Assembly (NCBI GenBank): GCA_043801585.1 | Contig: JAZDLX010000146.1 | Location: 1-36,100, forward strand | DNA from: a bacterium | Lineage (GTDB): Bacteria; Electryoneota; Electryoneia; Electryoneales; Electryoneaceae | Direction of reading: 5' to 3' | DNA: 36,100 bases | In this document: one piece after another, positions 1 through 7,975 of the stretch | How positions within the stretch are numbered: the first letter of the stretch is position 1 | Layout: every line of letters begins with the position of its first letter | Translations under genes and position numbers: made by a program | The notes under the pieces: model-generated | What the model was told of the DNA's origin: nothing | Database searches by the model: none | Seen by the model: only the letters and a program-made list of their open reading frames with translations

Positions 1-893
1 GCCGCCGCGATGCCAAACCCGAAACCGGGCATGTAGGAGAGGGAGACGATGTTCAGGATAACATTTGTCGTCGCCATCTCCACCGTTCCGAGCCGCGCAA
101 CAATTCCGCTGAAGGTGGCAAAGCCGAGCATCACCAGCAACGACCGGGACCCGGAGGGAATGGTCAGATTCAAGATCCGCCGAGCCATGTTCTTTGACAG
201 ATTGGCGATGCGATAGTAGCGATACTCTGTGCGTCGTTGATGTTTGAGTCCGACGCCGGCGAAGATGATCATGCCAATCACGGTTCCGAGAGTGCTGCCG
301 AGCGCCGCCCCCCGAGGCCCCAGGGCAGGCAGCCCGAAATGCCCGAAGATCAGCACCCAATTGAGACCGACGTTGATGACATTCATCAGGATGCTGATCA
401 CCATGAACTGGTGCGTTTCGCCGATCCCGTTGAAAAATCCCCGGTGTGCCATGATGATCATAAACGGCAGCACGCCCAGGATTCTCAGGTAGACATACCC
501 CTTTCCATCCGCGATCACGGCAGGATCGTTCGTAAACAGCGGCAAGAGGCTGCTGACCAGCGGCGCGAGCAGAAAACTTCCAATGGTGCCGATGATCAAC
601 GAAAGCATCAGAGCGTTATCAAGAGCGCGACCGGCCTCCCATGGCCGCCCTTCCCCGTATCGCCGCGCGGAAACGGCCTGGGTGCCAACATGCACCGATC
701 CCAACGCACCCATGATCATCCACGAGAGGACGCCGCCAAGACCGGTCGCGGCGAGGGCAGAGGAACCCAGGCGGCCCACCATGGCGGTGTCCACGATATT
801 CATCAGGGTTTGGGAGACCATCCCCACGACAACCGGACCGGCAAGACGCCAGACCCGCCGGGAGAGGGTCCTGTCAGGCAACAGACGTATCAA
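1..893 (-). CDS. MATE family efflux transporter (runs off the left edge)
   Basis: Not in the ORF track; translated by hand on the minus strand. N-terminus LIRLLPDRTLSRRVWRLAGPVVVGMVSQTLMNIVDTAMVGRLG and ...LGTVEMATTNVILNIVSLSYMPGFGFGIAA at the window edge are typical MATE motifs. Probable TTG start at 893, with an in-frame stop at 912-914 upstream. Confidence 0.9.
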   Translation of the reverse strand, partial: MIRLLPDRTLSRRVWRLAGPVVVGMVSQTLMNIVDTAMVGRLGSSALAATGLGGVLSWMIMGALGSVHVGTQAVSARRYGEGRPWEAGRALDNALMLSLIIGTIGSFLLAPLVSSLLPLFTNDPAVIADGKGYVYLRILGVLPFMIIMAHRGFFNGIGETHQFMVISILMNVINVGLNWVLIFGHFGLPALGPRGAALGSTLGTVIGMIIFAGVGLKHQRRTEYRYYRIANLSKNMARRILNLTIPSGSRSLLVMLGFATFSGIVARLGTVEMATTNVILNIVSLSYMPGFGFGIAA

Positions 894-1001
894 CGTGCGT
901 TCCCCAGGGGTTCAGATGAATTTTCGGTTGGCAACCTCCACGGTACATCAGCGGGAGGGTCGGGAAAGATAAGGTTGCAGCGGGCTTGACGGGAGGGCGA
1001 A

Positions 1002-1403
1002 TCATTCCTCAGCGAGCATCGCCCCCAACCTGTCCGCGGATGGGGCCGCGTAAAGGCGGACGAGGCCCAGGTTGGTCTCCCGGTCCCACGCCACTCCGAG
1101 CAGGTGGTTCAGGCCGGCACGCACGATATGAAGGTGGTGGTTCGATCCCATCAGGGACATTTCCTCAAACGCTATCTCGCCGAGCGAATGGCAAACCGGC
1201 TGTCCCGCTTTCCACAGGGTAGCGATGCGTGCCGCGAAACCGGAGACATCCCCTTCAAAGGCGCCCGCCTCCACCACCGGTTCACCGGATAATTCGAGGA
1301 CGACGGCGCCGACGGCACCAGTCATCGCCAGCAGATGTTCGAGCACGTCGCGGTTCTTCTTCAACCGTTCAAGGTCTTTCTGAATGTCCAGGAGGTCGAG
1401 CAT
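1002..1403 (-). CDS. Roadblock/LC7 domain protein, MglB-like
   Basis: GAVGAVVLELSGEPV...AFEEMSLMG...LHIVRAG...LLGVAWDRETNLGLVRL matches the MglB pattern (T-x-LGLVRL); adjacent to an MglA homologue. Confidence 0.85.
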   Translation of the reverse strand: MLDLLDIQKDLERLKKNRDVLEHLLAMTGAVGAVVLELSGEPVVEAGAFEGDVSGFAARIATLWKAGQPVCHSLGEIAFEEMSLMGSNHHLHIVRAGLNHLLGVAWDRETNLGLVRLYAAPSADRLGAMLAEE

Positions 1404-1411
1404 CGTTCCTC

Positions 1412-2869
1412 TCAGTTCTCCTTGTTCCGAAGGTTGCGCGCGAGTCGGCGCCAGAGACCACCCCGATCCTGCTCCTCGCTTTCATCCTGCTGGCGATGAT
1501 GTTCTCCTTCATCCGAAGAAGGTTTCACCTCCGGGAATCGGAACACAGGACCACGGACGGAGCCGGCAGGTCTCGACTCGTCCACGTTGTCTTCGTTCTT
1601 CTCCGGTGGGACTTTGGGTCGGTCCTCCGGCATTTCGGGACGGACCTCGCCGGATTCGGAAGGAACCTCTCGTGAGACCGATTCCTTATCGTTCTGTTTC
1701 GACAACCTGTCTTCGGCAGTCTTGACCCTTTCGATTTCAGGGGAGGCGTCCTTATCGAAAACGGCCGCTCTGGTATCCGTTTCGTCTACTCCCATCGTGG
1801 AGCGAGTGATAAACCCGAAGGATTTTTTCGGCGAGACGTTCTCAGTCTTTTTCAATCCATGGTCTGGAGTGCCGGAATCGGCGCGTTCGACGGTCTCATC
1901 CGATTTCGCCTCCCCACCTTCCGGAGTCTTGATACCGGGTGCATCCTGTTCCTTCGTTCCATCGCCTGGCAACATCTGAGTGGTTGATTCGACCTCCGCA
2001 CCCGCTGGCGATTTCGTTTCATCCGCTCGTTCATTCGCGGGATGAACGGTGGCGTAGCCGGGAAGGGCCATGCTACCGTGATTCTCGACCATTTCATCCG
2101 GATCGATGGATGGCAGCGCCTCGATTCCGGTCTTCGCCTCCCCGGGTGGAATCGCCGCAATGGTTTCGGGTTCCACGGTCTCCAACGTCACAGACGGTAC
2201 GCCTGACGACCGATTCCCGACGACCGGCTCAAGGGAATCGGGAATCCTCGCTTCGTGTGAACTTTCGGCACTCTCCGGCATTTTCCCTGGCGTTACCTCG
2301 GCTTTCTGCTCCCGGCGGGAAAGAATCTGATCCCGTATCGATTTCAAGACCTTCAGCAATCCATATCCTGTCGTCGCCACCGTTTCAAAAGCGGGCGCTT
2401 CCCTGACATTCAGGGCACCGTTCAACGCCCCGACCAACGACTCATCGGAGAGATCGCGACGGTTCCAGGCAAAAACCCAGGGGATTTCATCGGGGTCCCG
2501 CTCGAGGGATTCGAGGGTTTCACGGACCCTCCGCAGGTTGTTCGAGTTGGTGGTCAAACGGCCTTCAGCCGCATCCGCCAGGAAGATGACCCCCTCGGCA
2601 TCCTGCAGCAGTTTCCGCCAGGTGGTCTGTGAAGAGACCTCCCCGTGCACCGTACAGATTTCGAAACGGGCACCTTTCCCCTCCGGTGGCAAATGCCCTG
2701 AACCCAACTGGATGGACAGCAGGACTTCGGATTCCGACTCGACGGGCGTCAGGCGACCTCGCTGGTTCACCGGAACGTTGCCGATCAGCGTCCGCAGCGC
2801 GGTCAATTTGCCGCTGCCGGATGGACCGACGATCGAGATCCGGAGTGGGTTTGCGATCCCGCTACTCAT
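1412..2869 (-). CDS. MglA-like small GTPase domain (degenerate motifs) fused to a long low-complexity acidic tail
   Basis: The N-terminal ~185 aa align by eye to MglA: GPSGSGKLT, RGRL, RFEICTVHGE, EGVIFLAD, IPWVFAWNRRDL, ETVATTGYG. The remaining ~300 aa are E/P/S/D-rich and end in GGLWRRLARNLRNKEN. Confidence 0.85.
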   Translation of the reverse strand: MSSGIANPLRISIVGPSGSGKLTALRTLIGNVPVNQRGRLTPVESESEVLLSIQLGSGHLPPEGKGARFEICTVHGEVSSQTTWRKLLQDAEGVIFLADAAEGRLTTNSNNLRRVRETLESLERDPDEIPWVFAWNRRDLSDESLVGALNGALNVREAPAFETVATTGYGLLKVLKSIRDQILSRREQKAEVTPGKMPESAESSHEARIPDSLEPVVGNRSSGVPSVTLETVEPETIAAIPPGEAKTGIEALPSIDPDEMVENHGSMALPGYATVHPANERADETKSPAGAEVESTTQMLPGDGTKEQDAPGIKTPEGGEAKSDETVERADSGTPDHGLKKTENVSPKKSFGFITRSTMGVDETDTRAAVFDKDASPEIERVKTAEDRLSKQNDKESVSREVPSESGEVRPEMPEDRPKVPPEKNEDNVDESRPAGSVRGPVFRFPEVKPSSDEGEHHRQQDESEEQDRGGLWRRLARNLRNKEN

Positions 2870-3228
2870 GACGCTTCTCCGCCAATAGATTGTTCCGCCC
2901 TGAATGCGGAGTCGAGGTGCATCCTGAGTGGTTCCAGTTCAAGACGGAGCATGCCGACGTTGGCGATGCGATCCGTCTCGATCACAATCAACCCTCCAAG
3001 GGTTGGCACAATCAGCAGAATCCCGCCCTCCCAGTGGATTTCCTGCAACGAAGGAACTGCCGTTGCCAAATTTCCGTTCGAGATGATATTCCAGGCCCGA
3101 GTGAGTTGAGCGTGGAGCAGGGGCGGCACACGCCCTTCGTGGACGACGATCTGGCCGTCTAACCCGACGAAGGAAGCGTTTCGTACTCCCGGTATCCGGA
3201 CGATCTTGCGAACGTCTTTCGGATGCAT
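2866..3228 (-). CDS. Roadblock/LC7 domain protein
   Basis: IPGVRNASFVGLDGQIV ... ANVGMLRLEL roadblock pattern; ATGA overlap with the MglA-like gene. Start is ATG 3228 or 3243. Confidence 0.75.
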   Translation of the reverse strand: MHPKDVRKIVRIPGVRNASFVGLDGQIVVHEGRVPPLLHAQLTRAWNIISNGNLATAVPSLQEIHWEGGILLIVPTLGGLIVIETDRIANVGMLRLELEPLRMHLDSAFRAEQSIGGEAS

Positions 3229-3247
3229 CCCTACTCCCCGCAAACCA

Positions 3248-3649
3248 TCAGTTCAACTCTTCGTGCAGCGTCTGCAGCAGATCCCGCAGCCCATCCTCCC
3301 GCGATCCTCCCAGCGGTTTTCCAGCCACAGGCATCCAACTCACCAGCAGGACGAAGGGATCGTCGCGAAGCAGCAGGACCGCCTCGTCATCAAAGCGAAA
3401 TTCGGCTCTCAGCAGCGCACTGCCGTGCATCTCACCGGCGGTATTGAAGGTGACATTGGCCAATTCCGCGGCCCAGGCGGCAAAGCGATCGAGATCGATC
3501 CGGTCCCGAGTGTAACCTTCGCGGACAACCCTGAGCACCGGCAAGCCGGAAACCGTTGCCACGAGAATCGCCTGTGCACCCTTCGGATGAAGAATGTCCA
3601 ACGCCTGTCTCTCGATTTCACCGATCCCGCTGTTGGATGTTTCAGCCAT
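3248..3649 (-). CDS. Divergent roadblock/LC7-like protein
   Basis: GAQAILVATVSGLPVL, then a helix, then strands RAEFRFDDEAVLLL/PFVLLV give a roadblock-like secondary-structure pattern; same operon. Confidence 0.6.
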   Translation of the reverse strand: MAETSNSGIGEIERQALDILHPKGAQAILVATVSGLPVLRVVREGYTRDRIDLDRFAAWAAELANVTFNTAGEMHGSALLRAEFRFDDEAVLLLRDDPFVLLVSWMPVAGKPLGGSREDGLRDLLQTLHEELN

Positions 3650-3661
3650 CCTGCTCGATCC

Positions 3662-4123
3662 TCAGACGTAAAGTGCGCCTCGTTCGCGACTCTTCTGCAG
3701 ACTTCTCAGGTGACGAATCCGTTTCGTCAACCGCATCACCACCGCACCGCGGGCGACGCCCTCTTTGAATCCGGCGACGATCACCAGATCGGCAACGATT
3801 CCCGTGACCACGATACAGTTTTCGATTTCCTCGATGATGTGCGACGGCTCGCGCTCTCCCACCGCCTTCCAGGCCCGTGAATATTCACGTGCCAGCAGGG
3901 CAAACCGAGCCAGGGAAGGCATCTCCTCCGGAGGACGCAGAGAACCTCCAGGACCGATCACCTTCGTCAGAGCACGAGCTTCCTCATCAAGAACAGCTAC
4001 CCAATCCAGCCCACTGAGACCCGCCAGGTCCTCGAGAATGACGAGGATCCGGTCCCGCCAGACGGGATTCAGCTTTTCCCAGGTGGCGGGAACCACCCAG
4101 GATTCGTCCGCTTTCACGTTCAT
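3662..4123 (-). CDS. Divergent roadblock/LC7-like protein
   Basis: LEDLAGLSGLDWVAVLDEEA ... VGEREPSHIIEE ... LVIVAGFKEGVARGAVVMRL follows the MglB-like pattern; first gene of the operon. Confidence 0.65.
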   Translation of the reverse strand: MNVKADESWVVPATWEKLNPVWRDRILVILEDLAGLSGLDWVAVLDEEARALTKVIGPGGSLRPPEEMPSLARFALLAREYSRAWKAVGEREPSHIIEEIENCIVVTGIVADLVIVAGFKEGVARGAVVMRLTKRIRHLRSLQKSRERGALYV

Positions 4124-4352
4124 CTTCGCTCTTTGGCTGCAGAATCGCCATTACAAGCTATTCAATAAAGGAACGTAAATCACCGAATGATTTCAGCCAA
4201 GACGTTGTAAATAGGAGTCTCTCGCACAGCAATGAGCTCCTGTCCGATCCGATCCAGCGAACGGTTTCGTTGGCGCAAGCCACCATGCCCGTATAGCTTT
4301 GCACGAAGAAGGTGGACGGTTGGATGATACGGATGGATGACGGGAGATTGCG

Positions 4353-4976
4353 ATGAATATCGTCTGGTTCGCCCTGATCGTTCTCGCGGTGATCGTCGGG
4401 GCGATTCTCGGCAACATGCAGGCGGTGACCGACGCCGCCATGGAATCGGCGAAAACCGCGGTGGAGCTTGCGATCGGCCTGATCGGAGTGATGGCGTTGT
4501 GGCTCGGTCTGATGCGGGTTGCCGAACAAGCGGGACTCGTGCAGCAGTTGGCGAAACTTCTCCGCCCGATCCTGAAACGCCTGTTCCCGGAGGTTCCCGT
4601 CGATCACCCGGCGATGGGCAGCATGGTGATGAACATCGCAGCGAATATGCTCGGTCTCGGCAATTCAGCCACCGCCCTCGGATTGAAAGCGATGAAAGAT
4701 CTCGACGATCTGAACATCGAGAAAGAGAGCGCCTCCAACTCGATGGCCATATTCCTCGCGATCAACACCTCCTCGGTGACAATCATCCCGGCGACCGTAA
4801 TCGCGATTCGCGTCTCCGCCGGTTCGACAGCTCCCGCCGAGATCATCGGGCCGACCATCGTCGCCACTGCCGTTTCCACCATCGTGGGGATTGCTGCGGC
4901 GAAACTCTACCAGCGTTTTGCCAAACCTCAGTCGCCTTCCGTCAAAGGCTCCGCCGGGGAGGTGGGCGATGAGTGA
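4353..4976 (+). CDS. spmA: Spore maturation protein A-like membrane protein (nucleoside-recognition Gate domain)
   Basis: AKTAVELAIGLIGVMALWLGLM, LFPEVPVDHPA, NIAANMLGLGNSATALGLKAM, FLAINTSSVTIIP. Confidence 0.92.
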   Translation: MNIVWFALIVLAVIVGAILGNMQAVTDAAMESAKTAVELAIGLIGVMALWLGLMRVAEQAGLVQQLAKLLRPILKRLFPEVPVDHPAMGSMVMNIAANMLGLGNSATALGLKAMKDLDDLNIEKESASNSMAIFLAINTSSVTIIPATVIAIRVSAGSTAPAEIIGPTIVATAVSTIVGIAAAKLYQRFAKPQSPSVKGSAGEVGDE

Positions 4977-5514
4977 ATCCATCCAGGGTGTTTTCACCGA
5001 GATCGGCGCATGGGCGATCCCCCTGATCCTGCTTGGCATTGTCGCTGCGGGGATGCTGAAAAAGGTGAAAGTCTACGAGGTATTTGTCGAGGGCGCGAAA
5101 GAGGGTTTCAAGGTCGGAGTTCGGATCATCCCCTTCCTCGTCGCCATCCTCGTCGCCATCGGGATGTTTCGCGCGAGCGGGGCGCTGGACCTCTTCGTCC
5201 GGATATTGTCTCCGCTGCTCGGGTGGATCGGATTTCCCCCGGAAGCGGTGCCGATGGCGCTGATCCGCCCACTCTCGGGGAGTGGTGCGCTGGGCGTGCT
5301 GTCCGAAATCCTGACGACCCATGGCTCCGAATCGTTTGTCGGACGCGTCGCATCCGTGATGATGGGTTCGACGGAAACGACCTTTTACGTGCTTGCGGTG
5401 TACCTTGGGAGTGTTGGCATACGGCGGGGACGCCATACGCTCGCGGCGTGCCTGACCGCAGACGCGGCGGGGCTTATGGCTGCTTTTGTCGTGTGCAAAA
5501 TCGTGTTCGGTTAG
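4969..5514 (+). CDS. spmB: Spore maturation protein B-like membrane protein
   Basis: KVKVYEVFVEGAKEGF, RASGALD, RPLSGSGA, GSTETTFYVLAVY. ATG at 4969 overlaps the end of spmA. Confidence 0.92.
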   Translation: MSESIQGVFTEIGAWAIPLILLGIVAAGMLKKVKVYEVFVEGAKEGFKVGVRIIPFLVAILVAIGMFRASGALDLFVRILSPLLGWIGFPPEAVPMALIRPLSGSGALGVLSEILTTHGSESFVGRVASVMMGSTETTFYVLAVYLGSVGIRRGRHTLAACLTADAAGLMAAFVVCKIVFG

Positions 5515-5527
5515 GGAGCGATGATAG

Positions 5528-6193
5528 ATGACAGCGAAATACAGATCGCAGGGAAAAAACGCCTTGATCATTCTCGATGGAATGGCCGAGAACGCCCTCC
5601 ATTGGGTTGAATGGGACAGTTATTCACTGCGGCTTGCTGTGGACGGAGCTTACGACCGGCTGCGAGCGCAGGCCCTGCTCCCTGACCTGCTCACCGGTGA
5701 CTTCGACAGCATCACCCGCCAGGGTCTCCGGCACGCTGAGGCCAACAACGTCGAAATCATTCTTAATGATGACCAGGACACGACGGATTCTCAAAAAGCC
5801 ATTTCACTGATGATCGAGCGGGGAATTGACAATGCGGATATGATTGGGTTTCGCGGCACACGAATTGACCATGAACTTGCAACTCTTTCAGCCGTCGCTG
5901 CGGTGACCGATAAAATCCATATCCGGCTGATCGATGAAGTTGCAGAGGGGTGGATTCTGAAAGGCCCTGCGACACGGAAGATCCAAAACGCTCAGGGTCG
6001 AACCTGCTCGCTGATGCCGCTCAGCACCTGTAAATCCGTTTCACTCCAGGGATTTCAATGGCCGTTGGAACAGGTGACACTGTCACCCGGGGAACGTTTC
6101 GCCTGTTCAAACGTGGTCAACGACAGGAGTGCGGAAGTCAAACTGCTCCAGGGAATTCTTCTCCTCTACCTTCACCATGGAACTTCCGTGTAA
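5528..6193 (+). CDS. thiN: Thiamine diphosphokinase
   Basis: AVDGA, PDLLTGDFDS, DQDTTDSQKA, GTRIDHEL, GFQWPL and SN motifs. Confidence 0.9.
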   Translation: MTAKYRSQGKNALIILDGMAENALHWVEWDSYSLRLAVDGAYDRLRAQALLPDLLTGDFDSITRQGLRHAEANNVEIILNDDQDTTDSQKAISLMIERGIDNADMIGFRGTRIDHELATLSAVAAVTDKIHIRLIDEVAEGWILKGPATRKIQNAQGRTCSLMPLSTCKSVSLQGFQWPLEQVTLSPGERFACSNVVNDRSAEVKLLQGILLLYLHHGTSV

Positions 6194-6238
6194 ACAGTGC
6201 GAGAGCAAAGAGGCAGCACCAGGCGTTCGAATACCTCC

Positions 6239-6267
6239 TTGCCACAGGTGAATACCGCCTGTATCTT
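6239..6267 (+). promoter_or_regulatory. Putative sigma70-type promoter TTGCCA-N17-TATCTT
   Basis: Correct spacing, in the intergenic region upstream of 6352; the same -10 hexamer recurs at other promoters in the window. Confidence 0.5.
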
Positions 6268-6351
6268 AACGCGATAAACGACCTTTCCATACCGCGCGGA
6301 TGATACGGGGCGGACGAAAGTCCGCCTTGTTGCATACGGAGAAGCCTTGGC

Positions 6352-7368
6352 ATGGGCAAACTTCTTGAAGACTACCGTAAAGGCTTAAAACCATTGGTCG
6401 TGGAAGAATGGGTGGACCTGCTCGTCTATCGTCCGCTCGGCTTCTTCGTTGCGTTACCGCTGAAATTCACTCCTGTCTCACCAAACTTTGTCACTTTAGC
6501 CTCCGCCCTCGCGGGACTTCTCGGCGCGGTTGCCATGGCCTTCGGGCGTTACGACTGGCTTGTCTGGGGAGCCATTCTATACGCTTTCTCCAATGTGCTC
6601 GATTGCAGCGACGGCCAACTCGCCAGGATGACGGGGACGTTCAGCCGCTACGGACGTATCTATGACGGGGTGGCCGATTATGTAGTCGGACTGAGCACCT
6701 TTCTGGCCCTCGGGATCGGATGGCGTCCCGAAGGTTACACGCTGCCCGGCTGGTGGGCATTGGTCATTTTTGGCGGGATTGCCTCCACCTCCTATCATGC
6801 GATGCATCTGAACCACGTGCGCCAGGCCTATCTGAGAGCCATCGAGCACAGTTCCGGGGAGCACGTCATCCATCGCGGGAAGAAAAAACGCAAGAAATCC
6901 CGCAAGATGATGTTTTTCTACCTGCCGTTCTATTTCCTCTACCGGACCTACCTTTGGGTGGAACGGGCGGTGCGAAGGCAGGTACGGTTGCCATTGGAAC
7001 TCCCAGAGGAGGTTCGACATCTGCCTTCCTTGCGGTTGGTGCTTGTTCTCTGGACCTTTACGGGCAAGGGTACGCATGTCACCCTGTTGACGATCTTCCT
7101 CCTTCTCGGAAAACCGGAAGATTACCTTTGGTTCTGTCTGATACCGGGGACGTTGTGGGTGCTCATGGTGGAGCTGGCGCACCTCAGCACCCTGCGAATA
7201 CTCAACCGAAAGCTGGAGAGCCTGAGAGATGAAAGCCCTGATACTGGTCGCCGGTCAGTCGGTTCGGATGGGAGAACTGACAACAGGGACGCACAAAACG
7301 CTTCTGCCAGTGGGCGACCGGCCGATCTTGAGCTGGATGTTGCAGGCTCTCAAGAACAACGGGATTAA
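6352..7368 (+). CDS. CDP-alcohol phosphatidyltransferase family protein
   Basis: SPNFVT plus the complete signature DCSDGQLARMTGTFSRYGRIYDGVAD; several TM helices. The last ~46 codons overlap the next gene. Confidence 0.9.
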   Translation: MGKLLEDYRKGLKPLVVEEWVDLLVYRPLGFFVALPLKFTPVSPNFVTLASALAGLLGAVAMAFGRYDWLVWGAILYAFSNVLDCSDGQLARMTGTFSRYGRIYDGVADYVVGLSTFLALGIGWRPEGYTLPGWWALVIFGGIASTSYHAMHLNHVRQAYLRAIEHSSGEHVIHRGKKKRKKSRKMMFFYLPFYFLYRTYLWVERAVRRQVRLPLELPEEVRHLPSLRLVLVLWTFTGKGTHVTLLTIFLLLGKPEDYLWFCLIPGTLWVLMVELAHLSTLRILNRKLESLRDESPDTGRRSVGSDGRTDNRDAQNASASGRPADLELDVAGSQEQRD

Positions 7369-7969
7369 CCGCATCCTGTTCACCTGTGGGTATCAGCGGG
7401 GACTTCTCGAGAAATGGGTCGCTGAGCATTTCCCCGAGCTCGAGGTTTCCTGGATCGAAAATCCCGACTTTTCCTCAACCAATACTGGTTATTCCGTCTG
7501 GCTTACACGCGAGCACGCTCTCGCCGACGACGAGGACCTGCTGCTGATCAACGGCGACGTGGTGCTTGACCGTCGCGCGATCGCCGCTACGCTGAATGCG
7601 CAAGGCCAAAATGTCCTGGCGACCCGTTTTGATCGTGTCGCCGCGGAAGAGGTGAAGGTCCGTCTCGACGGTAACGGTGTGGTCACGGAAATCGGCAAAC
7701 ACATCGATCCGTCAGACGCTGCAGGAGAATCCGTCGGGATCAACCGTCTTTCCCGTCCGTTGCTTGATCTCCTGTTCCCCACCCTTGAGCACCGAATTCG
7801 ATACGGTGAGGGACGACGAGAATTCTACGAGCACGCCTTCAACGAACTGGTCAACCGCGGTGAATCGTTCCGTACGGCGGATGTGACCGAGTTGCCTGTA
7901 ATCGAGATTGATACACCGGAAGATTACGCAACGGCACGCAGACATTTTGCCTCGCGCCTGGTGGAGTAA
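7229..7969 (+). CDS. Nucleotidyltransferase (LicC / inositol-1-phosphate cytidylyltransferase-like)
   Basis: MKALILVAGQSVRM...HKTLL, NTGYS, INGDV, GESVGI, EIDTPED. Confidence 0.88.
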   Translation: MKALILVAGQSVRMGELTTGTHKTLLPVGDRPILSWMLQALKNNGINRILFTCGYQRGLLEKWVAEHFPELEVSWIENPDFSSTNTGYSVWLTREHALADDEDLLLINGDVVLDRRAIAATLNAQGQNVLATRFDRVAAEEVKVRLDGNGVVTEIGKHIDPSDAAGESVGINRLSRPLLDLLFPTLEHRIRYGEGRREFYEHAFNELVNRGESFRTADVTELPVIEIDTPEDYATARRHFASRLVE

Positions 7970-7975
7970 CTTTAG

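Noticed and set aside
237..989. 250-aa plus-strand ORF
   Set aside because: In-register antisense shadow of the MATE gene on the minus strand.
4353..5514. spmAB as evidence for sporulation
   Set aside because: SpmA/B homologues are widespread in non-sporulating bacteria, and no other sporulation genes are present here.
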